64,000 nucleotides of DNA from Azolla caroliniana (lineage: Eukaryota > Plantae > Polypodiophyta): assembly GCA_043228905.1 (NCBI GenBank), contig JBHGNT010000008.1:13640001-13704000 (forward strand), given 5' to 3'. The notes under the pieces are model-generated. The model was not told where the DNA came from, made no database searches, and saw only the letters and a list, made by a program, of their open reading frames with translations. Positions 11,801-24,099 of the stretch are shown in pieces. The stretch's first letter is position 1. Each line of letters begins with the position of its first letter. A program made the position numbers and the translations under genes.

Positions 11801-14800
11801 GGACAGAGCAAGAGACCGGCGAAGAAGAAGTCCGCAACGAACGGACAAATCCCACGCCAAATCGAAGTCCAGAGGTAAGCCTGTGTGCTTCTATTGTGGA
11901 AAACCTGGACACTTCCAGAAGGACTGCCGACACATGAAGAAAGATAAGTCTGTCGAAAATAATGTTGAACCCCGGAAAATTCCGGATGAAAACAACATTT
12001 CAGCCATTGCTATGAGCAATGAAGAACTCTTGTTCATTTGTGAACAGACAAGTGCAAATCTTGTGAGTGAATATTTCACGTGGGTGATCGACTCCGGTGC
12101 ATCCTTCCATATTACTCCGTCGAGAGATTATTTCTCGACTTACATAGCTGGGGATCATGGCTATGTAAAGATGGGTGATAGTGGAGAATGCAAGATAACC
12201 GGAGTCGAAGGTGTGTGTTTAACGACGTCGATAGGGTGTCGACTAACGTTGAAGGATGTTCGACACATCTCCGATATCAGATTGAATCTGATATCGACTG
12301 GAAGGCTTGACGACGAAGGCTACAGTGGTAGTTTTCGGAATGGCAAGTGGAAGTTCTGCCGAGGAAATCTTATAGTGGCCTGAGCACAGAAAGAAGGCAC
12401 ATTGTATATGATGCATGCCCGACTATGCAAATCGGAAGTAAACGTGGCAGCCGACTCGGCAGGAGAGATATGGCATAAGCGGCTAGGCCACATGAGTGAA
12501 AAGGGAATGTACCTGCTAGCCGACTAGAAACTTCTACCAGAAGTCAAGGGAGTGCACCTAGAGAAGTGTGTCGACTACTTAGCCGGAAAGCAGAACAGGA
12601 CGGCATTCCACTCGAGACCACCGAGGAGAAGAGAAGCTGCACTAGAACTAGTACACACGGATGTGTGCTATGTGGATGCTCCATCGCATTGAGGAGGACA
12701 GTACTTTGTAACGTTTATTGACGACTACAGTCAGAAAACATGAGCCTTCGTACTGAAGTCGAAGGATCAAGTATTGTCGGTTTTCAAGGAGTTCCAGGCA
12801 AGAACCAAAAGAGTGACAGGTCAGAAACTGAAGGTTGTCCGAACCGACAACGGTGGCGAGTACAGAGGGCAGTTCGAGGAATACTGCAAGAGCCAAGGTA
12901 TTAGAATCGAATACACAGTACCAAAGACCCCAGAGTTGAACGAGCTTGCAGAGAGGATGAATCGAACAATCATGGAGAGAGTAAGGAGCATGCTCTCTCA
13001 TGCAAAACTGTCGAAATCCTATTGGGCTGAGGCGTTGTACACAGTTGTTTATCTGATCAACAAGTCTCCCTCGGTGCCATTAAAGGGTGATGTCCCACAA
13101 AGGGTGTGGACAGGGAAGGATGTCTCCTACCAACACCTGAGGGTGTTTGGATGTTTGGCGTATATGCATGTACCAAAGGATCAGAGGACTAAGCTCGACA
13201 GCAAATCGAAAGCATGCATATTCATGGGATACTCAGAAGATGAGTTCGGCTACAAGCTATGGGACCTAGTCGACAAGAAGGTAGTGAGAAGTTGGGATGT
13301 AGTCTTTCTAGAAGACAAGACAATTGAAGACTGGAAGCAACAGAAGTCGGAACCGACTCCCCAGTCAACCTCGACTACCATCGACTTAAGGTCAAGTGAG
13401 TCGTCACCGACAGTTGTAAGGAGACAGCTGATCGACAGAGCTGAATCCGAGTCGGTTGACTCGGAAAGACCGACAGACTATGAGTCAGAGTCGGCAGACC
13501 TGCTAAAATCAATTGAGGAATATGAGTTGGAGTTGTCGAACCTGGAGATGCCGATTGATGAGCAGAATCCCGAGCAGAGAGAAGAGTTGGTAGAGACATC
13601 TGGATTGGAGCCAACAATGAGTGGACGAAGATACCCACTCAGAGAAAGGAAGGCACCGATTACATATGCTAGTCAATACGTCCTCTTGACTGATGACAGT
13701 GAACCGGAGTGCTATGAAGAAGTCATTGCCGACGAGAGTAAAGAAAAATGGTTGAGCGCGATGCAAGAGGAGATGGAATCCTTGCACGCAAATTACACCT
13801 ACGACCTAGTAGAGCTGCCGAAAGGTAAGAGAGCACTCAGGAATAAATGGGTCTACAAGGTCAAGACTGGAGAAGTCGACAGTGAGCCCAGGTATAAAGC
13901 CCGCATAGTGGTGAAGGGTTTCCAACAGAAGAAGGGCATCCACTTTGACGAAATATTCGCACCAGTCGTGAATATGACATCAATACGAATTGTTCTGAGC
14001 ATAGCGGCCAGCATGGACCTGGAGATCAAACAGTTGGATATCAAAACCGCATTTCTGCATGGAGAGTTGGACGAAGAAATCTACATGTATCAACCCGAAG
14101 GCTTTGAGGAGAAAGGGAAAGAGAATCTAGTGTGTCGACTGAGGAAAAGCTTGTACGGTATAAAACAAGCTCCACACCAATGGTACAAGAAATTTGAGTC
14201 CTTCATGGTGGAACATTAGTTCCAGAAAACACAGGCCGATCACTGTGTGTTCATAAAAAGGTACGAAGAAGGAGATTTCTTGATTCTCTTCCTATATGTT
14301 GATGATATGTTGATAGTCGGTCAAGACACTAGGAAGATTGGAAGCTTGAAGAAAGCTCTCGGCAAGTCATTTGCCATGAAAGACCTTGGACCGGCAAAGC
14401 AAATCCTAGGAATGCACATAACCCGAGACAGAGCTCGGAAGGTGCTATGGTTGTCACAACAGAAGTATGTGACAAAGATCCTAGAAAGGTTCAACATGTT
14501 GAACACAAAGCCGGTCGGCTTAGTGTTGCCGACAAATTGCAGATTGAATGCAAAGCAGTGTCCGAAAGGGCAGAAGGAAAAGGCTGAGATGAAGAAGGTA
14601 CCATATGCCTCAGCCGTCGGCAGTCTAATGTATGCTATGGTCTGTACGAGACCGGACATAGCATTTGCTATGGGAGCAGTAAGCCGATATATGAGTAATC
14701 CAGGGAGAGAACACTGGGCAACAATGAAGTGGATACTCAGGTACCTGAAAGGCACCTCGGAGGTGTGCCTAAGGTATGGTGTCGGAAAACCTGTGCTGGA

Positions 14801-16823
14801 AGGTTTTACTGATTCGAACATATCTGGAGATACCGACTCAACCCGATCCACATCAGGGTACGTGATGACCTATGCAAGGGGAGCAGTGTCATGGTGGTCA
14901 CAACTGCAGAAGTTTGTAGCCTTGTCGACTATAGAGGCAGAGTATATGGCAGTGGTAGAGGCCGGAAAAGAGCTGATTTGGATGAGAAATTTTCTCACCG
15001 AACTAGGCATGAAGCAAAAGGAGTTCTTGCTTCACTGTGACAGTCAAAGCGCCATACACCTAGCCAAGAACGCGGCATACCACTCCCAGACCAAACACAT
15101 ATAGAGAAGGTATCATTGGTTGCGGGAGAGAGTCAAAGAAGGAGAGTTTTCCCTTGTGAAGATCCATACCGACAACAATGGATCTGACATGCTGATGAAG
15201 AACCTACCTATGGACAGACTCAGAGTTTGTCGACAAAATACAAGACTGACAGATTTCCTCCCACAGGAGTGAAGTGGGAGTTTGTTGGGGATATGTCCCT
15301 CCAGTGGGAGGAAGAACCAACTGATCGGAAAGCCGACAATCGAAGAGTCGAAAACAGTGAGTCGACTGCTTGAAGATTCGACTATTATTATTATTATAGT
15401 AATAATAATAATGATGATGTGTGGAAACAAGGCTGATAGGCCAAGGCCAAGGCCGAGGCTGATAGGCCAAGGCTGAAACCGGAATTGTGTAAATAGCCAA
15501 CTCGGGTGACTATACCTGTAAATAGTATAAGTGTGCGCCCCATGAGGGCTACGTATGTAAATAGACAGAAAGTTGTGTAAGTATATATACAACTAGGGCA
15601 AACTTTATGTGTGTGCAGAAGTTGTAGAACGCAAGAGAGTGTGAGAGAGAGAAGTGTGAGCCGCGCCATAGTTGTGTGAGTAACAGCAAATGCGAAGAGC
15701 CCTATGCAGCTGATGCACTCGTGAGAGAGTGTTGTAATCTTCTCACTATTGTATATCCACTATTTTGTATAGTGAAGAATCTGTTCCCGTTGTTTTTCCC
15801 ATTTTAGGGTTTCCACGTAAATCTCTGTGTATACATCTATTTAACTTGTCTTTCTGGAATTTCTTCTGATTCCTATTTCAGCGCATGATTTGTTTATTGT
15901 GATCTATTCCGCATCGATTCCTCAACATTTTGGACCATACAAAGTTCGGAAAGTTTTTGACAATGGAACCTACCAACTAAGTGAGTTCGATGGAACGGTA
16001 CTATGGGTGCCTATAGCGGGGAAACGGGTGAAGATTTTCAAGAAGCGAACTGACAACGAACCCTGCATGACTGTAGGCAAGACCGTCAGTGTGGAGCAAT
16101 CAGACAAAGATCACGGTGGTGCAGAAAGCGAGGAAAGAGAGTTGGATTTAATAATCGACATAGGGGAACAGACAGAGGGTGCTTCAGATGAAGAAGAGTA
16201 ACAAGGAAGTACCGGAGACTTTGGCACATACCAGAGGATGTGAAGGTTCGGAGGGGGTGAGTGTCGTGATGTACTTTATACACTACGTAAAATATGTGTG
16301 GAGTACCCGATTGACTAAGTATAAAGAAATAGGAGAAAATACTACAATAATTATGTTACATGCATAGTGCAAAATTCGAACCTTGTACCTCCATGTTAAC
16401 GATTTTAAGCCTTACCATTATACTAGCATATTATGAATTTTAAAGTTATACTAAACTCTATCCCATGTAAATATTCGAGATAAGCATGATAAAAAAAGTT
16501 ATTCATGCATACACACTCGAGTTAAATGAAAAGATGTGATAAAAAGCTAATCATGCACATATAGTGTGCATGAAAACTAAAGTTAGAAAAGGCATGATCC
16601 TTGCACATGGTAAACTTAGACTCTTCCATCACTATATAAGGAAGAGAGAAAGATGTATATGGGGTTGAATATTTTTAGAAGGGAAATTAATAAACTATAC
16701 TTGTGGGATTCACAAGTTTTTTTATCTCTTTCTTTTTATTTATCTAAATTCATATTCTTATCTAAGTGTTGATTAATACACTATACCCGTGGGATTCGCG
16801 AGGTTTTATATCTTTTACTTACA
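8831..16823 (+). mobile_element. 5'-truncated Ty3/gypsy element of a second lineage (RNase H-integrase, 3' LTR ~16262-16823), split by a copia insertion
   Basis: RNase H TGIGWVINQ...YAQVKRELWG and integrase 9500-10438. The frame resumes at ~15933 to give RWFGPYKVRKVFDNGTY. PPT ggagggggtgag near 16250, then LTR tgtcgtgatg. No chromodomain seen. Confidence 0.8.
10439..15927 (+). mobile_element. Full-length degenerate Ty1/copia element (Tnt1/Tork-like)
   Basis: LTRs 10439-11153 and 15283-15927. Degenerate PBS tgttatcaaagc 11157-11168. PPT 15266-15280. gag-CCHC, PR (WVIDSGAS), IN, RT (LYVDDML), RNase H. Degenerate TSD gttcg/ttttg. Confidence 0.95.
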
Positions 16824-16867
16824 ACCTATTCACGGGGAAGAAGTTCGAATGGAATACGGAGCATACC

Positions 16868-19800
16868 TATTGAGCGGGCAAGCTCAACCGGATCCGGATC
16901 GGCTGAATGATCCAGTGTCAGGAATAGTACTAAAGCAGAGATGGAATTACTACTAAGAAGAGTAGTACTATTAGTACTAAGAGGACGGGACTGCGTAAGA
17001 TTCCCGAGAGAGGAAGTAAGAAAGTGCAACTTTTCTTTATCTCCTTATTGAGAAAGGATGCTACCGAGGGCGAAATCTGAAGCATCGGCCTCCATGATGA
17101 ATGGTTTGCTAGTATCCACATGAGCTAGAATCGGTGCTGATGTAAAGGCTTTCTTAAGATGCCGAAAAGCCATATCTGCTTCAATGGACCAAAGAAATGC
17201 TTGGCCCTTCTTCGTAAGTTGTGTGAGGGGTAGGATAATCTTCGAGTAATCCTGTATAAACTTACGGTAGAAGTTAGCAAAACCTAGAAAACATTGTACA
17301 TCTCGTACCGACCGTGGAATTTGCCACTCTAGTACGGTTTGGACTTTAGCTGGATCCATGGCAATGCCCTTTGAGGAGATGACGTAGCCTAGAAATTCCA
17401 CTTGCTTGCAGTCAAAGCTACATTTTTCTAGCTTGGCATAAAGACCATTCTCGCGGAGTCGCTTTAGTACTAATAGTACGTGAGAATCGTGCTCTTGCTG
17501 GGTCTTCGAATAAATCAATAGATCATCAAGATAGATGATCAAACAGATATCCAAGAGGTCTCTGAATATATCATTTGCCATGTGTTGGAAGATTGCGGGT
17601 GCATTGGTTAGGCTGAACGGCATAACAGTATACTCGAAATGCCCATACCGCGTGCGAAAGGCGGTCTTCCATTCATCTCCCGGTTGGATCCGCACGAGGT
17701 TATATGCTCCTCGTAGATCGATTTTGGTAAAAAACTTGGCACCATTAACTCGCTCTAAAAGACTTGATATAAGAGGAAGTGCATACCTATTCCGGATGGT
17801 GACCTTATTCAATCCGCGGTAATCAACGACGAGACGAAGTGAGCCATCTTTCTTCTTGACAAAGAAGATGGGTGCACCCGCCGGAGATTTCGAATGACGG
17901 ATGAACCCGCTTGCCAAGTTCTCCTCTATGTAGGCTCGAAGGACTTCTAACTCGGTGGGTGACCAGTTGTAAATTGGTCCCCATGGTGGCTCGGTTCCTG
18001 GTTGTAAATCGATGGGACAGTAATAGGGACGGTGATAAGGAAGGGTACCGGCTTTTACCTTGTCAAATACATCGGCATAAGGATGATAATTTGCCGGAAG
18101 TTGTACTGAGGAGTCCTTCTTAATAGTGCTGGAAGGATGTATTGATATTGCAAATAGGAACATTGCCTCCTTGTGTCCTTCTTCGCGTAATTGATGGAGT
18201 GAAATGGTCGAAACTCGATGAGTAGATTCTTGGGGTGGTCGATATCGGACTTCTCTTGTTCTCCTATCTATGGCTGGATTATGTAATTCAAACCAAGGTA
18301 ATCCTAGGACAATGGGATGCTCTGGACTACTAATTATATTAAATAATATTACACACACAAAACTACCTAGGACAACTTGAATGGGTTCTGATTCTTCTAC
18401 AATATTCCCGGAAGCAATGGGACGACCATCAATGACTACTACAAATGCGGGACAAGGAAGTTTTCTTAGGGATATCTGAGAAGCTTCGGCAAAATTTCGA
18501 TCCATGAAACAGGAATTAGCTCCGGAATCTAAGAGTGCTAGGACGGGTACTAGGGGAGTACTTTTAGTACTAACAATGACTTCGGCTAGGAACACATTGC
18601 TAACTTGCTTGGAAGGAATGGAACCACTAATGGGTTGTACTGATCTAGGGCTGCTGTCCAACCAAACAGCTCCTATTTTGGCTGGACTCAATCGTTTAAC
18701 TCTTCATCTAATTGACTAAGGATTTCAAATTTGTTTGAGATACTTGGGATATTAGTACTATGAATACTATTTGACACTCTATTAGTACTATTAATACTAT
18801 CAGACACTCCGAAGGGAAGAATTGACTCGGGTTTAGTACAAGCGACGATTTGATTTACCTGTCTTCTTGGCTTATGGGGACAATTGATGGCGATATGCCC
18901 TGGTCCACCGCAATAAAGACATAATCAATTGGCACGTCGTCGTTGCTTTTCTTCTTCCGATAACGGGCCGCCTCGACGCATGGTGTCGATCTCCATCGGT
19001 GTCGGAATATTGGCTTGGGGTACATCAGGTGCAAACAGTTTAGCCGTGACTGAGGCGTATGTGGGTTCCGGCCGAGAGCGTGGTATTTGTAATTGACGCT
19101 CCGAACGCCGTTCGAAAAGGCGGTTGTCGCATCGGACCGCTCGACTGATTGCCTCCGTAAGAGACTTTGGTTCTTCGGGGAAGGTTAAAAGCAGATCTTT
19201 GACATCATTGCGCAAGCCGTAGCGAAACTGATCCATGAGGGCCTGATCATCCCAGGGAATATCTGAGGCGAGTAGACGGAAATCTACCGCGTAGGCAGAG
19301 GCTGGACGATCGCCTTGACGCAATCTTCGGATCTTGTTGATCGCCATCCTGATGCTGTCGATATCTCCAAAGCAGGCTTTAAACTCACCAATAAAATCTT
19401 CAAAGTTATTAAGCAAGGGTGATTGTTTTTCTAGAAGCGGAACGAACCATGCCAAGGCGGAGCCGCTAAGTAACGTGCCTATTAGGCCGACTCGAGATGC
19501 ATCAGTGGGATATCGGGAAGGATGCATCTAGATGACTAAGCGTACCTGATTAAGGAATCCCCAGAATTGCAATCGCGTTGCATCAAATTTCACAGGAAGT
19601 CCAATCTTGGGCTCTTTATGAAATCCTTGGGGACTTGATCCTTGTTGTTGCAACGCTGCTTCGAGTTGTTGTACCCGTAATTCTAACTCCCCATGTTGTT
19701 GTTGCGTTTATTGTTTTTCGAGAACGATTTGTTGCAGATCCCCTATCAACCGTTGGTTTTCTTGTTCCAGTCCATAAGGACTTCTATAAAAGTGCTCTCT

Positions 19801-22800
19801 AAGCACATTCTATGTACAAAGCGTTATTATTTTGAATTAAGTTTATTGTTCTGCTCTCTCCTTCTCTCCCGTGTAAGGTTTCTATTAAACTTGTGTCTAT
19901 ATTCTTTAGCTATCCGGACGAGCCAGTTTTGTCTTCGCTTCCGCAATCGTATTCTTCCACATGGTATCAGAGTGTGAGGGTTAAGAACCTTTGCAGCCGA
20001 CAAGCGTTTTCTGAAGACAAACCCTAACCCCCGGTAAAGATTAGATAGAAGAAAAATATGGACCAAGGAATGGCTAGCTCGCTCCCGACGGAGAAGCTCG
20101 ACAGATTCAATTATGCATCTTGGTCATACAAGATGCACCAGTACCTGCACGGGCACTGGAGTTATGTCGACGGAGCTAACGATACAGCACTTGATGTGGC
20201 ACAGAGGGACTTCCCGAATTGGGAACAAGTGGCAAGTAGAGGTATGTAATGCTTTGCATCTAGTATCGGCGATCAGTTGTTGAGCCATATCTGGGACGCC
20301 AAGACGCCGAAGGAAGCTTGGGGAAACTTGAAGAAGGTCTTCGCCGCAAGCACCACGGCCCGGAAGCTACAACTCTGACAGGAGTTGAGCAATGTCCGAC
20401 AGAAGGACATGTCGGTGACCGACTATACGGTCCGGATCAAAGACATCTGCGACTCACTTGCCTCTGTCAACGTAACCGTCGAGGACGATGAGATGGTGCA
20501 GGTTTGTCTCAGGGGCCTGGTGTCAAAGTTCGGAGCATTCTAGATGGCAGTCTATACAAGAGAGAATACGCCCTCGTTTTTCGACTTACAGTCGATGCTC
20601 CTAGTAGAGGAGAACCATGCGGGTGTGTCAACAACCATGCACACAGACAACAGGATGTTGTACACGGAGGCGGATTGGCCCCTGGTCGTGGTGGACGAGG
20701 TGGATCGGCACGCGGTGGAAGCGGTTGACAAGAGCTGAACCGAAGGCACAAGGATGGTGCCAACAATAGTTTCAGACCCTTCGGAAACAGGGGGAGTGAA
20801 AGCAGCAATGGAAACCAGCAAGAGAAGACCGCACCGGAATGTTGGTATTGTGGCCGGAAGGGCCATAGAGAGAGCGCGCATGTTGGAAAAAGTGTGCCAA
20901 TTCGGACAAATTTGGATCCGGCAAACTTGGAGGAGGAAGTCGGAAAAGCTCGCACTACGCGGAGGGACTAGAAGGATCCAGTTCCAGAAATGGAACAGAC
21001 CCAACCTTTGTGATGAAACACAAGGCTAACTCGATGAAGAAGATCACTTATGGTTCGAAGCAAGTGTGGTATGTTGACTCTAGAGCATCGAACCATATGA
21101 CAAGCCACGAAGAGTGGTTTTCATTCCTGGAAAAACCGGAGCAACTGGGAGTTGTCCATACTGGAGACGACACTCCTCATACCATCGAGCACATCGGCGA
21201 GGTCCCTCTTAGCCATGTCGGGCAGAAGGGCGTTGATGAACGTCCTACACATCCCGACAATCACAAAGAATCTTGTTTTGGTCGGCCAGATTGTCGACCA
21301 AGGGATCCAGGTTCGGTTCACACATCTTGGGTGCTTCATCGAAGAAGAGGGCAAAGTCGCGCAAGGGCGCGAAGACGGGAGGATGTTTATCCTCGAGACA
21401 AATGATGTTGGCACTGCTATGTTTGCAAAGGGGCAAAAGGACAAGTCGGACATCGACCTGTGGCACAAGCAGATCGGCCACATCAATTTCCAGAACCTTC
21501 AAGAGTTGCAGTCAAAACACGTAATTTCCAGACTGCCGAAGTTCAGTGGCTGGAAAGGCCAAACCTATGAAGCATGCCAGCTCAAGAAGCAGCATAGGCT
21601 TCCATTCCCCAATGAGAAGAATTAGAGATGGAATCGTCTTGATCTCATCCATTCATGTGTGTCTTGATCTCATCCATTCATATGTGTCGTTGGGAGTTGG
21701 TATTTCGTCTCCTTCATCGACGATTTCACAGTCACACTTGGATCTACCTAATCAAGAGGAAAAGTGAAGTCTTCTCGTGCTTTCGGGATTTGAAGAACCT
21801 TGTCGAACGCGAGACCGGAAGAAAGATCAAGTGTTTGAGATCGGATGGCGGAAAAGAATACTTTTCCAGCCAGTTCACGAGTTATCTGCAAACAAAGGGA
21901 ATTTGACGGGAGTTCTCCTGTATATACACGCCGGGGCAGGACATGGTTGATGGTCGGAACAAGACGCGGGTAGAAGCGGCAATGGCGATGCTTGAGGAGA
22001 AAAACATGGCCAAATTTTATTGGGCCGAAACGATTCAGACAGTCGCCTACATATAGAATCAGATATCTGCCTCAGGGACAAAGGAGTCATCGCACAAACT
22101 GTATTTTGAGCGGAATCCAAATTTGGCACACCTTTGGGTGTTCAGTAGCATTGCATATGTGCATGTACTGAAAGAAAAACGGAGGAAGTTAGACGCGAAA
22201 GCTGAAAAATGCATTCTCGTCGGGTACTCAGATGAACAAAAGGGTTATAAGTGTTATAACCCCCGATCAAAAGCAGTCCAAGTTAGCCAAGATGTCGTCT
22301 TCGATGAATCGACATCATGTTACTTCTCGCCACCCGAACCCAAGCCGATTGTTGTTGATGATCCGGTGGAATCCAGAACAGAGGGAAGCGTCCCGGAATC
22401 TGAATAGACAAATAGTCTGACTTCTCTCCGGATGAGTGGACCGAATCCGGATAGGTTGAGTCAGAGTGGTCAACCGGATGACGAACCGGCGAGTAGTGGA
22501 CACTCGGTCGTGCTCTCTCCGTGCAAGGAACCGAGGAGACGGTTCATGCGCAAAGAAAAGGGGAAGAAGAAGATGTCGGAGTATGACACTGGAAGAGATG
22601 AGTCGGATCGGAGCGAATCTGATTCCCGAGATGAACCTTCAGAAGAGAAGTCTGAGTCGGCCAAGAAGGCCAAGAAATCGGTAGAGCAGAAACTGCGTCG
22701 ATCGACCTGCAAAAAGAACCCTGTCAAACGCTATGTCTTGACGGATTGGTAGGTTGCCAACATCTTCACCAAATTTCTCATCCTAGACAAGTTGCATCAT

Positions 22801-23050
22801 TTTTCAGAGATGTTTGGTCTTCAGCATCTCGACATGCTAGACATGAGGAGGAGAACCGGTACTGATACGAGGAGAACTTGAACCGGAACGGAAACTGGGA
22901 AAACAGGTAATGGCACCAGACAAAGAGCCAAAGAGACAAGGGGAGACAAGAAGAAAAAGGAAGCGAAGTTGACTGAAGAAGTCAGTACATCCGATAAAGT
23001 CGGAACAAGCAACGACAGCGGGAGAGTCAAATATGACCTCAACAGTCACA
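16868..23050 (+). mobile_element. Ty1/copia element with a chromovirus nested in its 5' LTR; RT deleted
   Basis: LTR start tattgagcgggcaagc at 16868 (compare tgttgagtggacaagc at 37200). LTR ends at 19961. PBS tggtatcagag 19962-19972. gag from 20058, PR WYVDS, IN CLRSDGGKEY. Jumps near 22740 to the RNase H end VANIFTK. Confidence 0.85.
16916..19768 (-). mobile_element. Internally deleted inverted copy of the chromovirus (gag-PR-RT plus 3' LTR end)
   Basis: ORFs 18925-19527 and 17045-18691 are near-identical to 1340-1942 and 2176-3875. 16916-~17020 is the reverse complement of the LTR 3' end. Confidence 0.93.
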
Positions 23051-23163
23051 TATGAACATATTTACTAATATGTTCCTATTTTTTGGTTCATACTAGATCC
23101 AGCCGAACTCCTTCCGCTCCAGTATCCGGATACCTTCTGGACCCATCCGATGGCTTGCAAGGT

Positions 23164-24093
23164 TTTAGGGGAGAAGGTAGAAGATAAAGAGTTTTTGCTG
23201 ACGAAGATCCATACGGAGGAGAACGAGTCGGACATGCTGACCAAGGTGCTGTCTGCCGACAAGCTGGACGTGTGCCGAAGACGGATCAGACTGACGAGAC
23301 ATCCCATGCTGGAGTGAAGGGGGAGTTTGTTGGGAAATAGGTCCCTCCAGATAGAATCCGGATCGAACGAGCCGAGGGAAGGAACCGAGACAGGCAAACA
23401 CGTAGAGAGGGAGAGTGAGAGATTAGTGACGAAGAGGAAGAGTGAGGGAGGGAGAGAGTGACTTCTTCTCAAGGGAAGTTCGGTCGTTCAAGCGTGCCGG
23501 TGTTAATGGGTGGGGGGTGAATGGCTTCACCCCTCCTCCCAAGGGGGTTACTTGTGAGAGAGAGGGAGAGAGAGAGAGAGACAAAGACACACCAAAATGA
23601 GAGGGAAAAATGTATATTGCATTACATGCCCCATAAGGGGTTTATATAGTACATCAAATGTAACGGTTACATAATATGACCGTTACAAATAAGATTGTTA
23701 CACATGCACATAAATGTGCATGTGTTCATACACATACTCATCCTCACACACTCATATACATTACGCATACACATCAACCACATTATCGTGTTCCACCCTT
23801 AGACCGCCCCGTACACTCCTACAAGTAACAACCGGTAGGTCGTTGGAGCCTATGATCCGAGCCTAGTACGTGTGCATATTCCTTGGAGTTAGTGTCAGTT
23901 GCTCGTATGAGCATTGAATTACTTGTTAGTCCTTCTAAGTGTACGTACACAGAGTGTTATTATTTTGAATTGAGTTTATGTTGTTTTGCTCCTCTCTGTC
24001 TGTGTGATTCAAGCTTCCATTAAACCTATGTGTATTTTCTATTGCTATCCGAGTAAACCGGTTTGTCAAAGCTTCTGCATATTAACTTTGACA
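23164..24093 (+). mobile_element. Copia 3' end (RNase H tail, PPT, LTR from 23328) interrupted by a solo LTR
   Basis: KIHTEENESDMLTKVL...; PPT ggagtgaagggggag 23311-23325; LTR tgttggg at 23328, ending ...ttgaca at 24093. Confidence 0.7.
23501..23830 (-). mobile_element. Short solo LTR (330 bp)
   Basis: tgtta...taaca termini with near-TSD gccgg/accgg. Confidence 0.7.
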
Positions 24094-24099
24094 ATACTT

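Noticed and set aside
14321-14851. Antisense ORFs over pol regions, here and elsewhere
   Set aside because: Shadow ORFs of the retroelement coding strand with no independent motifs.
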